In this document: positions 25,747 to 34,500 of the stretch, piece after piece | Layout: each line of letters begins with the position of its first letter | Numbering within the stretch: position 1 is the first letter of the stretch | NCBI GenBank assembly: GCA_964484865.1 | Contig: CAZAFG010000002.1 | Coordinates: forward strand, 1 to 50,749 | Length of the DNA: 50,749 nt | Direction: 5' to 3' | Source: an uncultured Candidatus Saccharibacteria bacterium | GTDB lineage: Bacteria > Patescibacteriota > Minisyncoccia > Phycocordibacterales > UBA9973 | The notes under the pieces: model-generated | The model's input: the letters and a program-made list of their open reading frames with translations, nothing else | Databases searched by the model: none | Told to the model about the DNA's origin: nothing | Program-made: the position numbers and the translations under genes

Positions 25747-26767
25747 TCCCTGTCTTGATAACATGATCGACAAGTGTGTAGGTGTACCCCATCTCGTTGT
25801 CATACCAGCCCATAACTTTAACCAAGTTACCGCCAACAACACGAGTCATTTCCAGATCCGCAATAGAAGCATGAGAATTTCCTAAAATATCGGAGGACAC
25901 GAGAGGTTCATGAGTCACTGCAAATATTTTACTCCAACGAGGATCTTTGGAAGCTTTCTCTAAAATTTGATTAACTTCTTCGGCAGTAGTTTGTTTTTTA
26001 GAAATAAAAGTTACATCCACGATAGATCCTGCAGGTACTGGTACCCGAATAGATATACCATCAAAAAGTCCATCAAGTTCCGGATACGCTTTGGTGACTG
26101 CGATGGCTGCTCCTGTTGAGGATGGCACGATGTTTTGCGCTGCCGCTCTTCCCTCACGAAGATCTTTTTTCGACGGGCCATCAACGAGTGCTTGAGATGC
26201 AGTATAGCCATGCACTGTATTTAAAATCGCTTTCTCGATCCCCAGGGATTCATTCATGATACCAATCAGCGGGCTTGCAGCGTTAGTGGTACAAGATGCA
26301 TTTGATGTAATATCACAAGTGCCAAATTTGTCTTCGTTAACCCCGAGCAGAATAGTTTCTCCTGGGAAACTCCCATCCCCTTTGGAGGGCGCTGAGATAA
26401 CAACTTTTTTTGCACCTTGATCGAGGTGAAACTTTGCTTTTTCATAAGCAGTAAAAAGCCCAGTAGATTCTACCACCACATCAATATCCAAATCTTTCCA
26501 AGGAAGCTTGGTGGTATCTTTTTCAGAAATAACTTTGACCTCTTTTCCATCGATGATGAGCGCACCATCCTTGTGCTCAATATTTTTAGGCCATGTCTTA
26601 TAAACAGTGTCGTATTTTAAAAGGTAGGCTAAAGACTCAATGGAGCCAAGATCATTCACTGCAACAACTTCTAACTCCTCTCGCTCCCAAGCTAATTTTA
26701 AAAATGCTCTACCTATTCTTCCAAACCCATTAATTGCTACTCTGGTCGTTTTGGTGGTTTTCTTCAT
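25733..26767 (-). CDS. gap: glyceraldehyde-3-phosphate dehydrogenase
   Basis: MKKTTKTTRVAINGFGRIGR start, the SNASCTTN active-site motif, and WYDNEMGY at the C-terminus. The preferred ATG at 26767 still overlaps the upstream gene by 38 nt. The track start 26809 overlaps by 80 nt. Confidence 0.93.
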   Translation of the reverse strand: MKKTTKTTRVAINGFGRIGRAFLKLAWEREELEVVAVNDLGSIESLAYLLKYDTVYKTWPKNIEHKDGALIIDGKEVKVISEKDTTKLPWKDLDIDVVVESTGLFTAYEKAKFHLDQGAKKVVISAPSKGDGSFPGETILLGVNEDKFGTCDITSNASCTTNAASPLIGIMNESLGIEKAILNTVHGYTASQALVDGPSKKDLREGRAAAQNIVPSSTGAAIAVTKAYPELDGLFDGISIRVPVPAGSIVDVTFISKKQTTAEEVNQILEKASKDPRWSKIFAVTHEPLVSSDILGNSHASIADLEMTRVVGGNLVKVMGWYDNEMGYTYTLVDHVIKTGNAIK

Positions 26768-28508
26768 TTGTTTGTTCGTTTTCTTGGTTAATAATTTCTT
26801 CAGGTTCATTTAATTCTTCTTCCTCTGCCGGTATTATCTCCTCCGGAGCAGATTCTTCTATTGTACCATCTTCCTCATCTTCCTCAATAACCAAATCCTC
26901 TTCTATGACTTCGCCTGTCTCTGTCTCTGTCTCTGTCTCTGTCTCTGTCTCTGTGTCTGTGTCTGTGTCTTCTTCATTGTTTTCATTATCATTAGTAGAA
27001 ACATTCTTTTGCCCAGCTAAAATTTCTTTCAACTGCTCTTCATTGATACAAGTCTCACCGATACAAATTTCATCTTTTACAAAAAGTTTCTTGATACCGT
27101 TCGTAGAACTTGCAAACCAAGCTATAAATTTTTCACCAAAACTATTTCCTTCATTTTCAAAATCATTAATGTCTCTTAATTTTATATCCAATTCCTGAAT
27201 ACCTTTTACTAATTTCCATTGATTTGGAAGTTGCACAGAATACATACCATTAGAAAGTATAGAAACTAGTTCTGGGTGATTTTCAAGTACTTCTTGAGCG
27301 ATCACACCAGTCATATTGTTTCCAGAAGCTATAACATCATAATTTCTAATTCTAAAACTATTTAAATATTCTAAAACAGAATCACTATCTACAATATTTG
27401 TTTTCAATCGCTCGTCAGAAGAACATGTTACAGTTTCTGCTCCAGCTTCTGGGTCATGGAGACATTCTCCATCAGAGTCATGTAAAGCAAAAATATATCC
27501 ATCGGTACCAGTTTTTTCTACATCAAAAAGATAATCTGGGGTTATGTCACCAATTCCAGTATTTCCATTTCCAGATATTGTAAAAAGAGTTGCTGTTGTT
27601 CCACTATTCACACCGGTAATATAAAACTGGGAAGTTCGAGTAGCTGGGGTAGCATCTGTCCATTTTGAAATAAGTTGATTAGATATAAATACACCTTCAC
27701 CTCCGGAATTAGATGTTTGTATCTTGTAATCAATACTCCCGCCGGTATTAGTTTCATCATTTGAATTACCTCCAACAGAACCAACCGTAATATCTACCAT
27801 TGTCTTAATTGCTCCAGCTGTAATCCCCTGCTGAGCCTGTAGTAAAATAGGTGTCGACTGTCCGTAAGTATTTGCGAATAGTCCATAACCTCCGGCTAAA
27901 TTAAAGGAAAATCCTTCAACACCGTAACCATTAGTACCGCCAACTCCTTGAACACCAGAACTATTAGCATTAGCAGTAACACCAATAACACCAACATATC
28001 CCCTCCCGTACAATCCAGAGCCCTCAGCTCCACCTGTTGCTTCTGCATACACTCCATAAACATAACCCCCTAAATTTTCCGTATTAGAAAAATAACCAGC
28101 ATAAGTAGGAGTAGGATCACCATCATCATCTTCACTATTAGATCCATTTCTGGTAACCTCCAACAATTTCTGATTCCAAGAGTCTCCCGCTGAAGTAGTG
28201 GAAAGTTTTAATCCACTTTCACCTCCTAATGTGTTCCACTGCCACTCTTGAGTGTAATTTCCATTGTCTATGGTATTTGTAGAATCAGCTGCAGTTAGAT
28301 CAGAAATTGAAGAACTCACTGTCACATAACAATTCGGATCTGTCGGCCCGCAACCTCCCCAGCCAGTACCTGGGTCGCCAGGATCTTGCACATTATCGTC
28401 AGGGGCAAAAGGAGCACCAGGATCAGCAGCAAACACTATGAATACAGATACGAGAAAAGAAGTCAGTACTATTGAGGTAAGCGAATACAAGAAATTTCTC
28501 GATTTCAT
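26730..28508 (-). CDS. secreted tail-fibre-like protein with a Peptidase_S74 intramolecular-chaperone domain and an acidic C-terminal tail (592 aa)
   Basis: Signal peptide MKSRNFLYSLTSIVLTSFLVSVFIVFA, then a Gly-rich repeat body. The S74 hallmark is SSDERLKTNIVDSDSVLEYLNSFRIRNYDV...GVIAQEVLENHPELV (about aa 363-445, nt about 27174-27422). The tail is (TD)3(TE)6 and E-rich. Confidence 0.85.
   Translation of the reverse strand: MKSRNFLYSLTSIVLTSFLVSVFIVFAADPGAPFAPDDNVQDPGDPGTGWGGCGPTDPNCYVTVSSSISDLTAADSTNTIDNGNYTQEWQWNTLGGESGLKLSTTSAGDSWNQKLLEVTRNGSNSEDDDGDPTPTYAGYFSNTENLGGYVYGVYAEATGGAEGSGLYGRGYVGVIGVTANANSSGVQGVGGTNGYGVEGFSFNLAGGYGLFANTYGQSTPILLQAQQGITAGAIKTMVDITVGSVGGNSNDETNTGGSIDYKIQTSNSGGEGVFISNQLISKWTDATPATRTSQFYITGVNSGTTATLFTISGNGNTGIGDITPDYLFDVEKTGTDGYIFALHDSDGECLHDPEAGAETVTCSSDERLKTNIVDSDSVLEYLNSFRIRNYDVIASGNNMTGVIAQEVLENHPELVSILSNGMYSVQLPNQWKLVKGIQELDIKLRDINDFENEGNSFGEKFIAWFASSTNGIKKLFVKDEICIGETCINEEQLKEILAGQKNVSTNDNENNEEDTDTDTETETETETETETGEVIEEDLVIEEDEEDGTIEESAPEEIIPAEEEELNEPEEIINQENEQTNEENHQNDQSSN
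26917..26970 (-). repeat. in-frame hexanucleotide microsatellite (GTCTCT)6(GTGTCT)3
   Basis: Read directly from the plus strand at 26917-26970. It encodes DTDTDTETETETETETET in the acidic tail of the 592-aa protein. Confidence 0.95.
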
Positions 28509-28524
28509 TCTATTTATTATATCA
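28317..28524 (-). repeat. 208-bp direct repeat, copy A (promoter plus first 64 codons of the 592-aa fibre gene)
   Basis: Aligned by eye base by base against 31258-31465, offset 2941 bp. The 192 coding bp have 1 mismatch (28488 C vs 31429 G, Leu/Phe at codon 7). The 16 upstream bp have 2 mismatches. Confidence 0.95.
28516..28524 (-). promoter_or_regulatory. extended -10 promoter TGATATAAT, 7 nt upstream of the ATG at 28508
   Basis: Minus strand reads TGA TATAAT AAATAGA ATG. Confidence 0.55.
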
Positions 28525-28542
28525 AAAATATAAAAATAGTGC

Positions 28543-31449
28543 CTATGAAACTGGTTCTTCTTCTACGGGTACAGGTACAGGATCCGATTCTTCGGATTCC
28601 CCTCCTTCCTCTACAGGAACATCGATATCTTCTACAACTTCTTCTACAGCTTCTTCTGTGGGATTTTCTTCGCTAGAATTTTCTTCATCTGGATTTACAA
28701 CTTCGGGTTCGTCTTCGTCGCTCGAGCTAGTATTAGAGTGTTGATGACTATCTCCCTCTGGCTGACTTAAAAGATTCTTCAAAGACTGAAGCTCTGCTCG
28801 ATTGATACATACAGATTCTTCCCCGGGCTCAGTCAAACAAATCTCTCCAGTGAAAATTCTAGTAATTTTATTTTCAGCATTCGCCAGCCAAGAACGCAAC
28901 TTATTTCCAAAAGAATTATCTTCTTCGTCAAAATCAGAAACATCACGAAGTTTAATATCCAAATCTTGTATCGAAGCTACGATCACTGGAGTAAGTTTAG
29001 AATAATCCACCATCCAATTGTCAGAATCTTGGACTGGCTTGGTGACCGCATGAGGGTAAACATCATAGAGTTCTTGGGCATACACTCCAGTGTAAACAGT
29101 ATGGTGAATATCTCCTTTCCAGGTGAAGTCATGAATTTGAATTTCATTTAAAAGATCTAGGGAGGATTCAGTTCTTTCGTTGACTGTATCTTTAAGTCTT
29201 TGATCGGAAGTAGTGTTGTAAGCTGTAGCTGAAGAACCAAACGAAATAGAACCTACTGCTCCTCCGTCACCATCTTGGAAACCAATCAAGGTCGATGGTC
29301 CCACCGCAGTGTGATCATCAAGTCCAGCTTGAATTAATATTCCACTTCGAGTTGTGGCATTACCGTCGTTAAAGAAATTGGCTACATATGATGCAACATC
29401 GGTTTCGATATCGAGGCGATAGTCGGGAGTAGTGTCATTAATACCAAAAAATCCAGAAGGAAGAATCGTGGCTTTTGTTGAAAGAGATTGTAGTGTTGCG
29501 CCTGATGCTCCTGCATTAGAAGTTTGGAAAATTATAGATCCACCGAGAGCGTTACCTGTCGCTTTACCGGAAGCAAGAGTCAGTGACGCACCAGCAATAT
29601 CAGATCCAGAAGCTCCGGAACCATTTATCACTACACCTACCGGGGAAGCCGCAATAACTCCTGTTCCAAAAAAAACATTATCGATATAACTACTTGCGTC
29701 ATCAGATCCAAAAACTAATTGATTACTTGCAGTATTTGTCGCTCCGCGACCCATAGCAATGGAGTTTGAGAAGTTTCCTGTGTCTGTATATGGACCTAAA
29801 AGAATAGAGTATCCACCAGTGGTATTGTCGACAGTATCACTCTCACCAGCTCGCTCTCCTAAGAATATACTATTTGCTGCATTGGCTGCATTTCCACCAG
29901 CATTAGCGCCGACAAAGAAAGAGTTTGATGCAGCAAAATTTAATGTTCCATATCCAGCTCCCGCTCCAAGAAAAACAGAAAATTCAGCATCAACTGCATT
30001 CTGGCCAGCACCACCACCTATAAAAATACTGCTAGTAGCATTCGTTGCACCATTCCCAGTTTGATTACCTATAAAAACAGAATCAGCTGCATTGGTTGCA
30101 TCTTGTCCAGCACTTGTTCCAAAAAAGTTTGAATACGAGGCATTTGTGGCTAATTTTCCGGCACGATATCCCATAAAATTTGAGTCAGTAGCACTCGTCG
30201 CCTGATATCCTGCTTCATATCCAAAAAAGTTTGCATCATCTACTGCAGTCACTTGATATCCAGCTGTCTCACCAAAGAAATTTGAACCATCAGCATTAGT
30301 AGCTCCGAGACCCGCATTAGCTCCAAGAAAATTAGAGTGGTCAGCATTTGTTGCTCCATTACCTGCCCCAGTTCCAAGAAAATTAGAATAATCAGCATTT
30401 GTTGCACTAGTGCCTGCACCACTACCAAAAAACAAACTGGATATCATCCCAGATGGAGAAGCCCCTCCAAGGGATAAGCTCAAATCAGAATATGCTTCAA
30501 TTAAAAAGTTTGAACTACCAAGTTTTAAAATACCATCGATTTGTGCCGCATAATTATTAGTACCACCAGACGCTGTTGCATACAGTCCTATTGATGTAGT
30601 ACCACCAGACGCGACCGCGTACACGGCGGTGTTTGTAGTAGCTCCTGAAGAAGTCGCATACACTGCACGATTTGTCGTTAAACCTCCAGAACCAGTATGA
30701 GTATTGGAAAAATACCCTCCATAAGTTGTCTGATTAGCATTAGCGTTTGCACCTGATGTAGAAACATTTAAAACTTTTTGTAAATTAGCTGTGGCTGCTG
30801 TACCAGTAACTACAAGATTCATTAATGAACCCGCTGAAAGCGTTGAAGAAGCACCATAAAACCCAGTACCGGAAGTTAGTGAATTTCCATTAAGTGCAAG
30901 GATAGATGAGGTTGTAGTTTGAGTAGTGTTGGCTGAAGTTATAGACATAGCACCAGAGCCTTGAGTGTAGCCAGTAACTGCTGCAATAGCGCCGGCAGAA
31001 TTTACTCGAAACAAATCACCATTACCCACGGTCAACATTGCTGAAGGAGTTGCGTCTCCAATACCTACATTGCCAGTACCTGTATCTACAAACAAATCAT
31101 CAGTATTTACTACCAAGTCTCCGGTGATATTTTGATCTCCAACTAAAGATAGAGTACTGCCATCAAAAGTAAGATTTGCTGAATAATCAAAATCGTTACC
31201 GCCCACATTTGTAAAAGGAATCTGGTTGTCAGCACCAAAAGAGGTAGAACCGACCGCCACTGTCACATAACAATTCGGATCTGTCGGCCCGCAACCTCCC
31301 CAGCCAGTACCTGGGTCGCCAGGATCTTGCACATTATCGTCAGGGGCAAAAGGAGCACCAGGATCAGCAGCAAACACTATGAATACAGATACGAGAAAAG
31401 AAGTCAGTACTATTGAGGTAAGCGAATAGAAGAAATTTCTCGATTTCAT
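28543..31449 (-). CDS. secreted tail-fibre-like protein with 17-aa beta-solenoid repeats, a Peptidase_S74 intramolecular-chaperone domain and an acidic tail (968 aa)
   Basis: The first 64 residues match the 592-aa paralog at 63 positions. The S74 hallmark is TTSDQRLKDTVNERTESSLDLLNEIQIHDF...GVYAQELYDVYPHAV (about aa 747-835, nt about 28945-29211). The post-domain segment QDLDIKLRDVSDFDEEDNSFGNKL is conserved with the paralog. Confidence 0.85.
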   Translation of the reverse strand: MKSRNFFYSLTSIVLTSFLVSVFIVFAADPGAPFAPDDNVQDPGDPGTGWGGCGPTDPNCYVTVAVGSTSFGADNQIPFTNVGGNDFDYSANLTFDGSTLSLVGDQNITGDLVVNTDDLFVDTGTGNVGIGDATPSAMLTVGNGDLFRVNSAGAIAAVTGYTQGSGAMSITSANTTQTTTSSILALNGNSLTSGTGFYGASSTLSAGSLMNLVVTGTAATANLQKVLNVSTSGANANANQTTYGGYFSNTHTGSGGLTTNRAVYATSSGATTNTAVYAVASGGTTSIGLYATASGGTNNYAAQIDGILKLGSSNFLIEAYSDLSLSLGGASPSGMISSLFFGSGAGTSATNADYSNFLGTGAGNGATNADHSNFLGANAGLGATNADGSNFFGETAGYQVTAVDDANFFGYEAGYQATSATDSNFMGYRAGKLATNASYSNFFGTSAGQDATNAADSVFIGNQTGNGATNATSSIFIGGGAGQNAVDAEFSVFLGAGAGYGTLNFAASNSFFVGANAGGNAANAANSIFLGERAGESDTVDNTTGGYSILLGPYTDTGNFSNSIAMGRGATNTASNQLVFGSDDASSYIDNVFFGTGVIAASPVGVVINGSGASGSDIAGASLTLASGKATGNALGGSIIFQTSNAGASGATLQSLSTKATILPSGFFGINDTTPDYRLDIETDVASYVANFFNDGNATTRSGILIQAGLDDHTAVGPSTLIGFQDGDGGAVGSISFGSSATAYNTTSDQRLKDTVNERTESSLDLLNEIQIHDFTWKGDIHHTVYTGVYAQELYDVYPHAVTKPVQDSDNWMVDYSKLTPVIVASIQDLDIKLRDVSDFDEEDNSFGNKLRSWLANAENKITRIFTGEICLTEPGEESVCINRAELQSLKNLLSQPEGDSHQHSNTSSSDEDEPEVVNPDEENSSEENPTEEAVEEVVEDIDVPVEEGGESEESDPVPVPVEEEPVS
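29839..30438 (-). repeat. eleven to twelve 17-aa (51-bp) coding repeats
   Basis: NADYSNFLGTGAGNGAT / NADHSNFLGANAGLGAT / NADGSNFFGETAGYQVT / AVDDANFFGYEAGYQAT / SATDSNFMGYRAGKLAT / NASYSNFFGTSAGQDAT / NAADSVFIGNQTGNGAT / NATSSIFIGGGAGQNAV / and further units. Confidence 0.85.
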
Positions 31450-31465
31450 TGTATTTATTATACCA
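31258..31465 (-). repeat. 208-bp direct repeat, copy B (promoter plus first 64 codons of the 968-aa fibre gene)
   Basis: See copy A at 28317-28524. Confidence 0.95.
31457..31465 (-). promoter_or_regulatory. extended -10 promoter TGGTATAAT, 7 nt upstream of the ATG at 31449
   Basis: Minus strand reads TGG TATAAT AAATACA ATG. Confidence 0.55.
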
Positions 31466-31494
31466 GAATGATTAAGTGAAGAAAATAGAGTTTA

Positions 31495-31503
31495 TGCTAT
31501 TAT
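31495..31503 (+). promoter_or_regulatory. extended -10 promoter TGCTATTAT, 7 nt upstream of the dnaE ATG
   Basis: Plus strand reads TGC TATTAT GTGAATA ATG. Confidence 0.5.
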
Positions 31504-31510
31504 GTGAATA

Positions 31511-34500
31511 ATGGAAAAAGATACAGCAACCAAAAATGGTGCAGGGTTTGTGCATCTGCACACTCATTCTCACTATTCCCTGCTCGACGGTCTTTCCAAG
31601 CTCGAAGACTTGGTAGATCTAGCAAAAAAGTCTGGCATGCCGGCTATCGCTATCACTGACCACGGCAATATGTATGGTGCTATAGAATTTTACAAACTCG
31701 CCAAAAAAGAAGGCATAAAACCTATCATCGGCGTCGAAGCTTATATGACTGCTGGTTCTCGTTTTGATAAAAATGTTGAAACAAACAATGGTAAGAGATA
31801 CTACCACTTGATTCTCCTCGCAAAAAATTTAACTGGATACAAGAATCTAATCAAACTCGTAACTCTGGCCAACCTCGAAGGCTACTACTACAAACCTCGA
31901 ATGGATAAGGAAATTTTGCGAGAATATAGCGAAGGCATCATCGCACTATCTGGGTGCCTCGGTGGTGAACTTTCACAAACCGTACTTCGTAAAGATTTTG
32001 AAGGTGCCGAAAAGCTAGTCCGAGAATATCAAGACATTTTTGGTAAAGAAAATTATTTTATCGAAATTCAAAACCACCCTTCGGTTGAGAATGACAAATT
32101 CGTTCGCGAAGAATTAGTTAAGCTCGCCAAGAAAACTGATGTCATGGTGGTAGCTACTCAGGACTCACACTACCCCTGCTCGGACGACCACGATGCTCAC
32201 CACACCCTGCTTCAAATCAACACTCAAGGTGACGGTAAAGACGGCGGTAAATTTGAATTTTCAGACGACGACTTTTCTTTCCTAAGTGGTGAAGAAATGC
32301 GCAAAGCTTTTAAAGACTATCCCGAAGCCATAGAGAACACTGTAAAAGTTGCCGATATGTGCAACCTAGAACTTGAACTAGGGAAATGGGTTTTCCCTGA
32401 TTTAAAAATTGAAGAAGGTAAAACATATGATGGAAAATTAAGAGAATTAGCCTATGCTGGTTTTGACAGGTTAGGACTAGAACAAAATACTGAAAGACTA
32501 ACCCGCGTAGAATACGAACTCGATATTATTTTAAAAAAAGGATACTCGCCATACTTTCTAGTCGTGGGAGATTTACTTCGTTACGCTCGTGAAAATGGAA
32601 TACTAACTACAATTAGAGGATCCGTCGCTGGCTCAATGGTGACTTACCTTTTAGGAATTACCAATGTAGACCCAATTGAATACAAACTCCCCTTTGAAAG
32701 ATTCCTCAATCCATATCGTCCTTCAGCGCCCGACATCGACATGGACTACGCCGACAACCGCCGAGACGAGATGATCGAATATGCTAAACAAAAATATGGA
32801 GAAGACAAAGTAGCACAAATAGGAACTTTTGGAACCATGATGGCTCGCGGATCAGTACGAGATGTCGCTCGCGCGCTCGGCTATGCATACGACATCGGAG
32901 ATCGTATTTCTAAAATGATTCCGATGGGTAGCCAAGGTATGCCGATGACTATAGACCACGCCATGGAAATAGTGCCCGAGCTCAAAGCTGCTTACAAAAA
33001 AGAAGCTGACACTAAGAAAATAATTAACTTGGCTAAAAAAATGGAAGGCTGCGCCCGACATATCTCGGTGCATGCTGCTGGAGTGGTTATAGCTCCGAGT
33101 CCAATTTCAGACTACTCACCCATCCAGCTCGATCCTAAAGGTGGTAAACGCATCACTCAGTACGACATGTATTCTATCGAAGAAGCGGGGCTTTTAAAAT
33201 TCGACTTCTTGGGAATTAGAAACTTGGCAATTCTCGGAGATGCTATCACTCTAGTAAAAAAGTTTTATGACATTGATATCGATATCGAGCGAATCCCCCT
33301 AAACGACAAAAAAACTTTTGAATTACTAGCTTCTGGTCAGACTGAAGGATTGTTTCAACTAAACGGCTCAGGTATGACGAGGTATTTAAAAGAATTGAAA
33401 CCGACTTCGATTCACGATATCAACGCCATGGTGGCGCTGTACCGTCCCGGACCGATGGAATCCATCCCGGAATACATAAAACGAAAACACAACCCGCACT
33501 TGGTGAAATATCTCGATCCAAGAATGAAAAACTTTCTGAAAGAATCTTATGGTCTTATCGTATATCAAGATGACCTACTATTTTGCGCTTTGGAAATGGC
33601 TGGATATAACTGGGAAGAAGCTGATAAATTCCGAAAAGCGGTTGGTAAAAAAATCCCTGCTGAAATGGCAGCCCAACATGAAAAGTTCACTAAAGGAATC
33701 GTGACAAACGGACAGACTGCAAAATTCGCTGAAGAATTGTGGAAACTTTTTGAACCTTTCCAAGCTTACGGATTCAACAAAGCTCACGCGGCATCTTATG
33801 GCCGAGTCGCTTACCAGACTGCATACATGAAAGCGAACTACCCCGTAGAATACATGACCGCGATTTTGACTGCAGAGTCCGGCGATGTCGACCAAATCTC
33901 TATCATCATCGAAGAGTGTAAAAAAATGAAGATCCCAGTTTTACCTCCGGATATAAATGAAAGTTATGGAGGCTTCACTGTAGTTCGGCCAAACAATCAC
34001 AGTGAAAAAATCCGATTTGGACTCTACACCATAAAAAATTTAGGCGTAGATATATCTGACGCTATCATCGCTGAACGCAAAGAGCGTGGTCGCTTTGTAT
34101 CCATCACTGACTTTCTAGACAGAATCAAACATAAAAATTTAAATAAAAAATCCATGGAGGCTATGATCAAGTCCGGTGCTATGGATGAACTCGGAGAGAG
34201 AGGTGAACTCTTAGGAAATCTTGAAGATATGCTCGAATACAATCGTGAAGGCAGTAAACAATCTGCCAACCAAACATCACTCTTTGGTGGACTTCTCAAT
34301 GCTCCAGCTTTTAGACTCAAGGAAATGCCTCCGGCACCCCAAGCTGAAAAACTACTCTGGGAAAAAGAACTCTTGGGTCTATATATTTCTGGTCACCCGC
34401 TCGACCGGCTGCGAGAAAAATTAGAAGGCCGTTCGATCAACATAAAACGCATCAAAGATGAATTTGGTAACGGCATGGAGATCACCATCGCCGGTATCAT

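Noticed and set aside
25747-25763. Shared TATCAAGACA motif upstream of the pilin ATG and the Lys-rich GH130 ATG (44341-44356) as internal promoters
   Set aside because: The hexamer TATCAA lacks the conserved final T of -10 elements. Both sites lie in coding sequence of the upstream gene. Two occurrences could be chance.
25747-25842. N-terminal extensions of track ORFs (pilin to 25842, fmt from 38049, surface genes from TTG 15550, 17545 and 20712, EEP from TTG 11953, membrane protein from TTG 46550)
   Set aside because: The extensions overlap upstream genes or contain the gene's own promoter motif. Downstream ATGs give canonical N-termini: the prepilin motif, MKFVFFGTP, signal peptides and MLKLISVNI.
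26734-27198. 154-aa plus-strand Ser-rich ORF, and similar antisense ORFs (5970-6386, 23141-23593, 35113-35589, 37516-37848)
   Set aside because: All lie fully inside strongly supported genes on the opposite strand. Their low-complexity or odd composition mirrors the sense strand. They are shadow ORFs.
26730-31449. Prophage or tailocin remnant, suggested by the tail-fibre (S74) domains
   Set aside because: No capsid, portal, terminase, tape-measure, baseplate, lysis, integrase or att-like repeat is present anywhere in the window. The flanks are gap and dnaE, and both proteins have Sec-type signal peptides. A degraded element outside the window cannot be excluded.
31450-31510. Replication origin at the divergent fibre-gene/dnaE junction (strand switch)
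   Set aside because: The 61-bp spacer is filled by two back-to-back promoters. It has no cluster of TTATCCACA-like DnaA boxes, and no dnaA or dnaN is nearby. Several other strand switches occur in the window.
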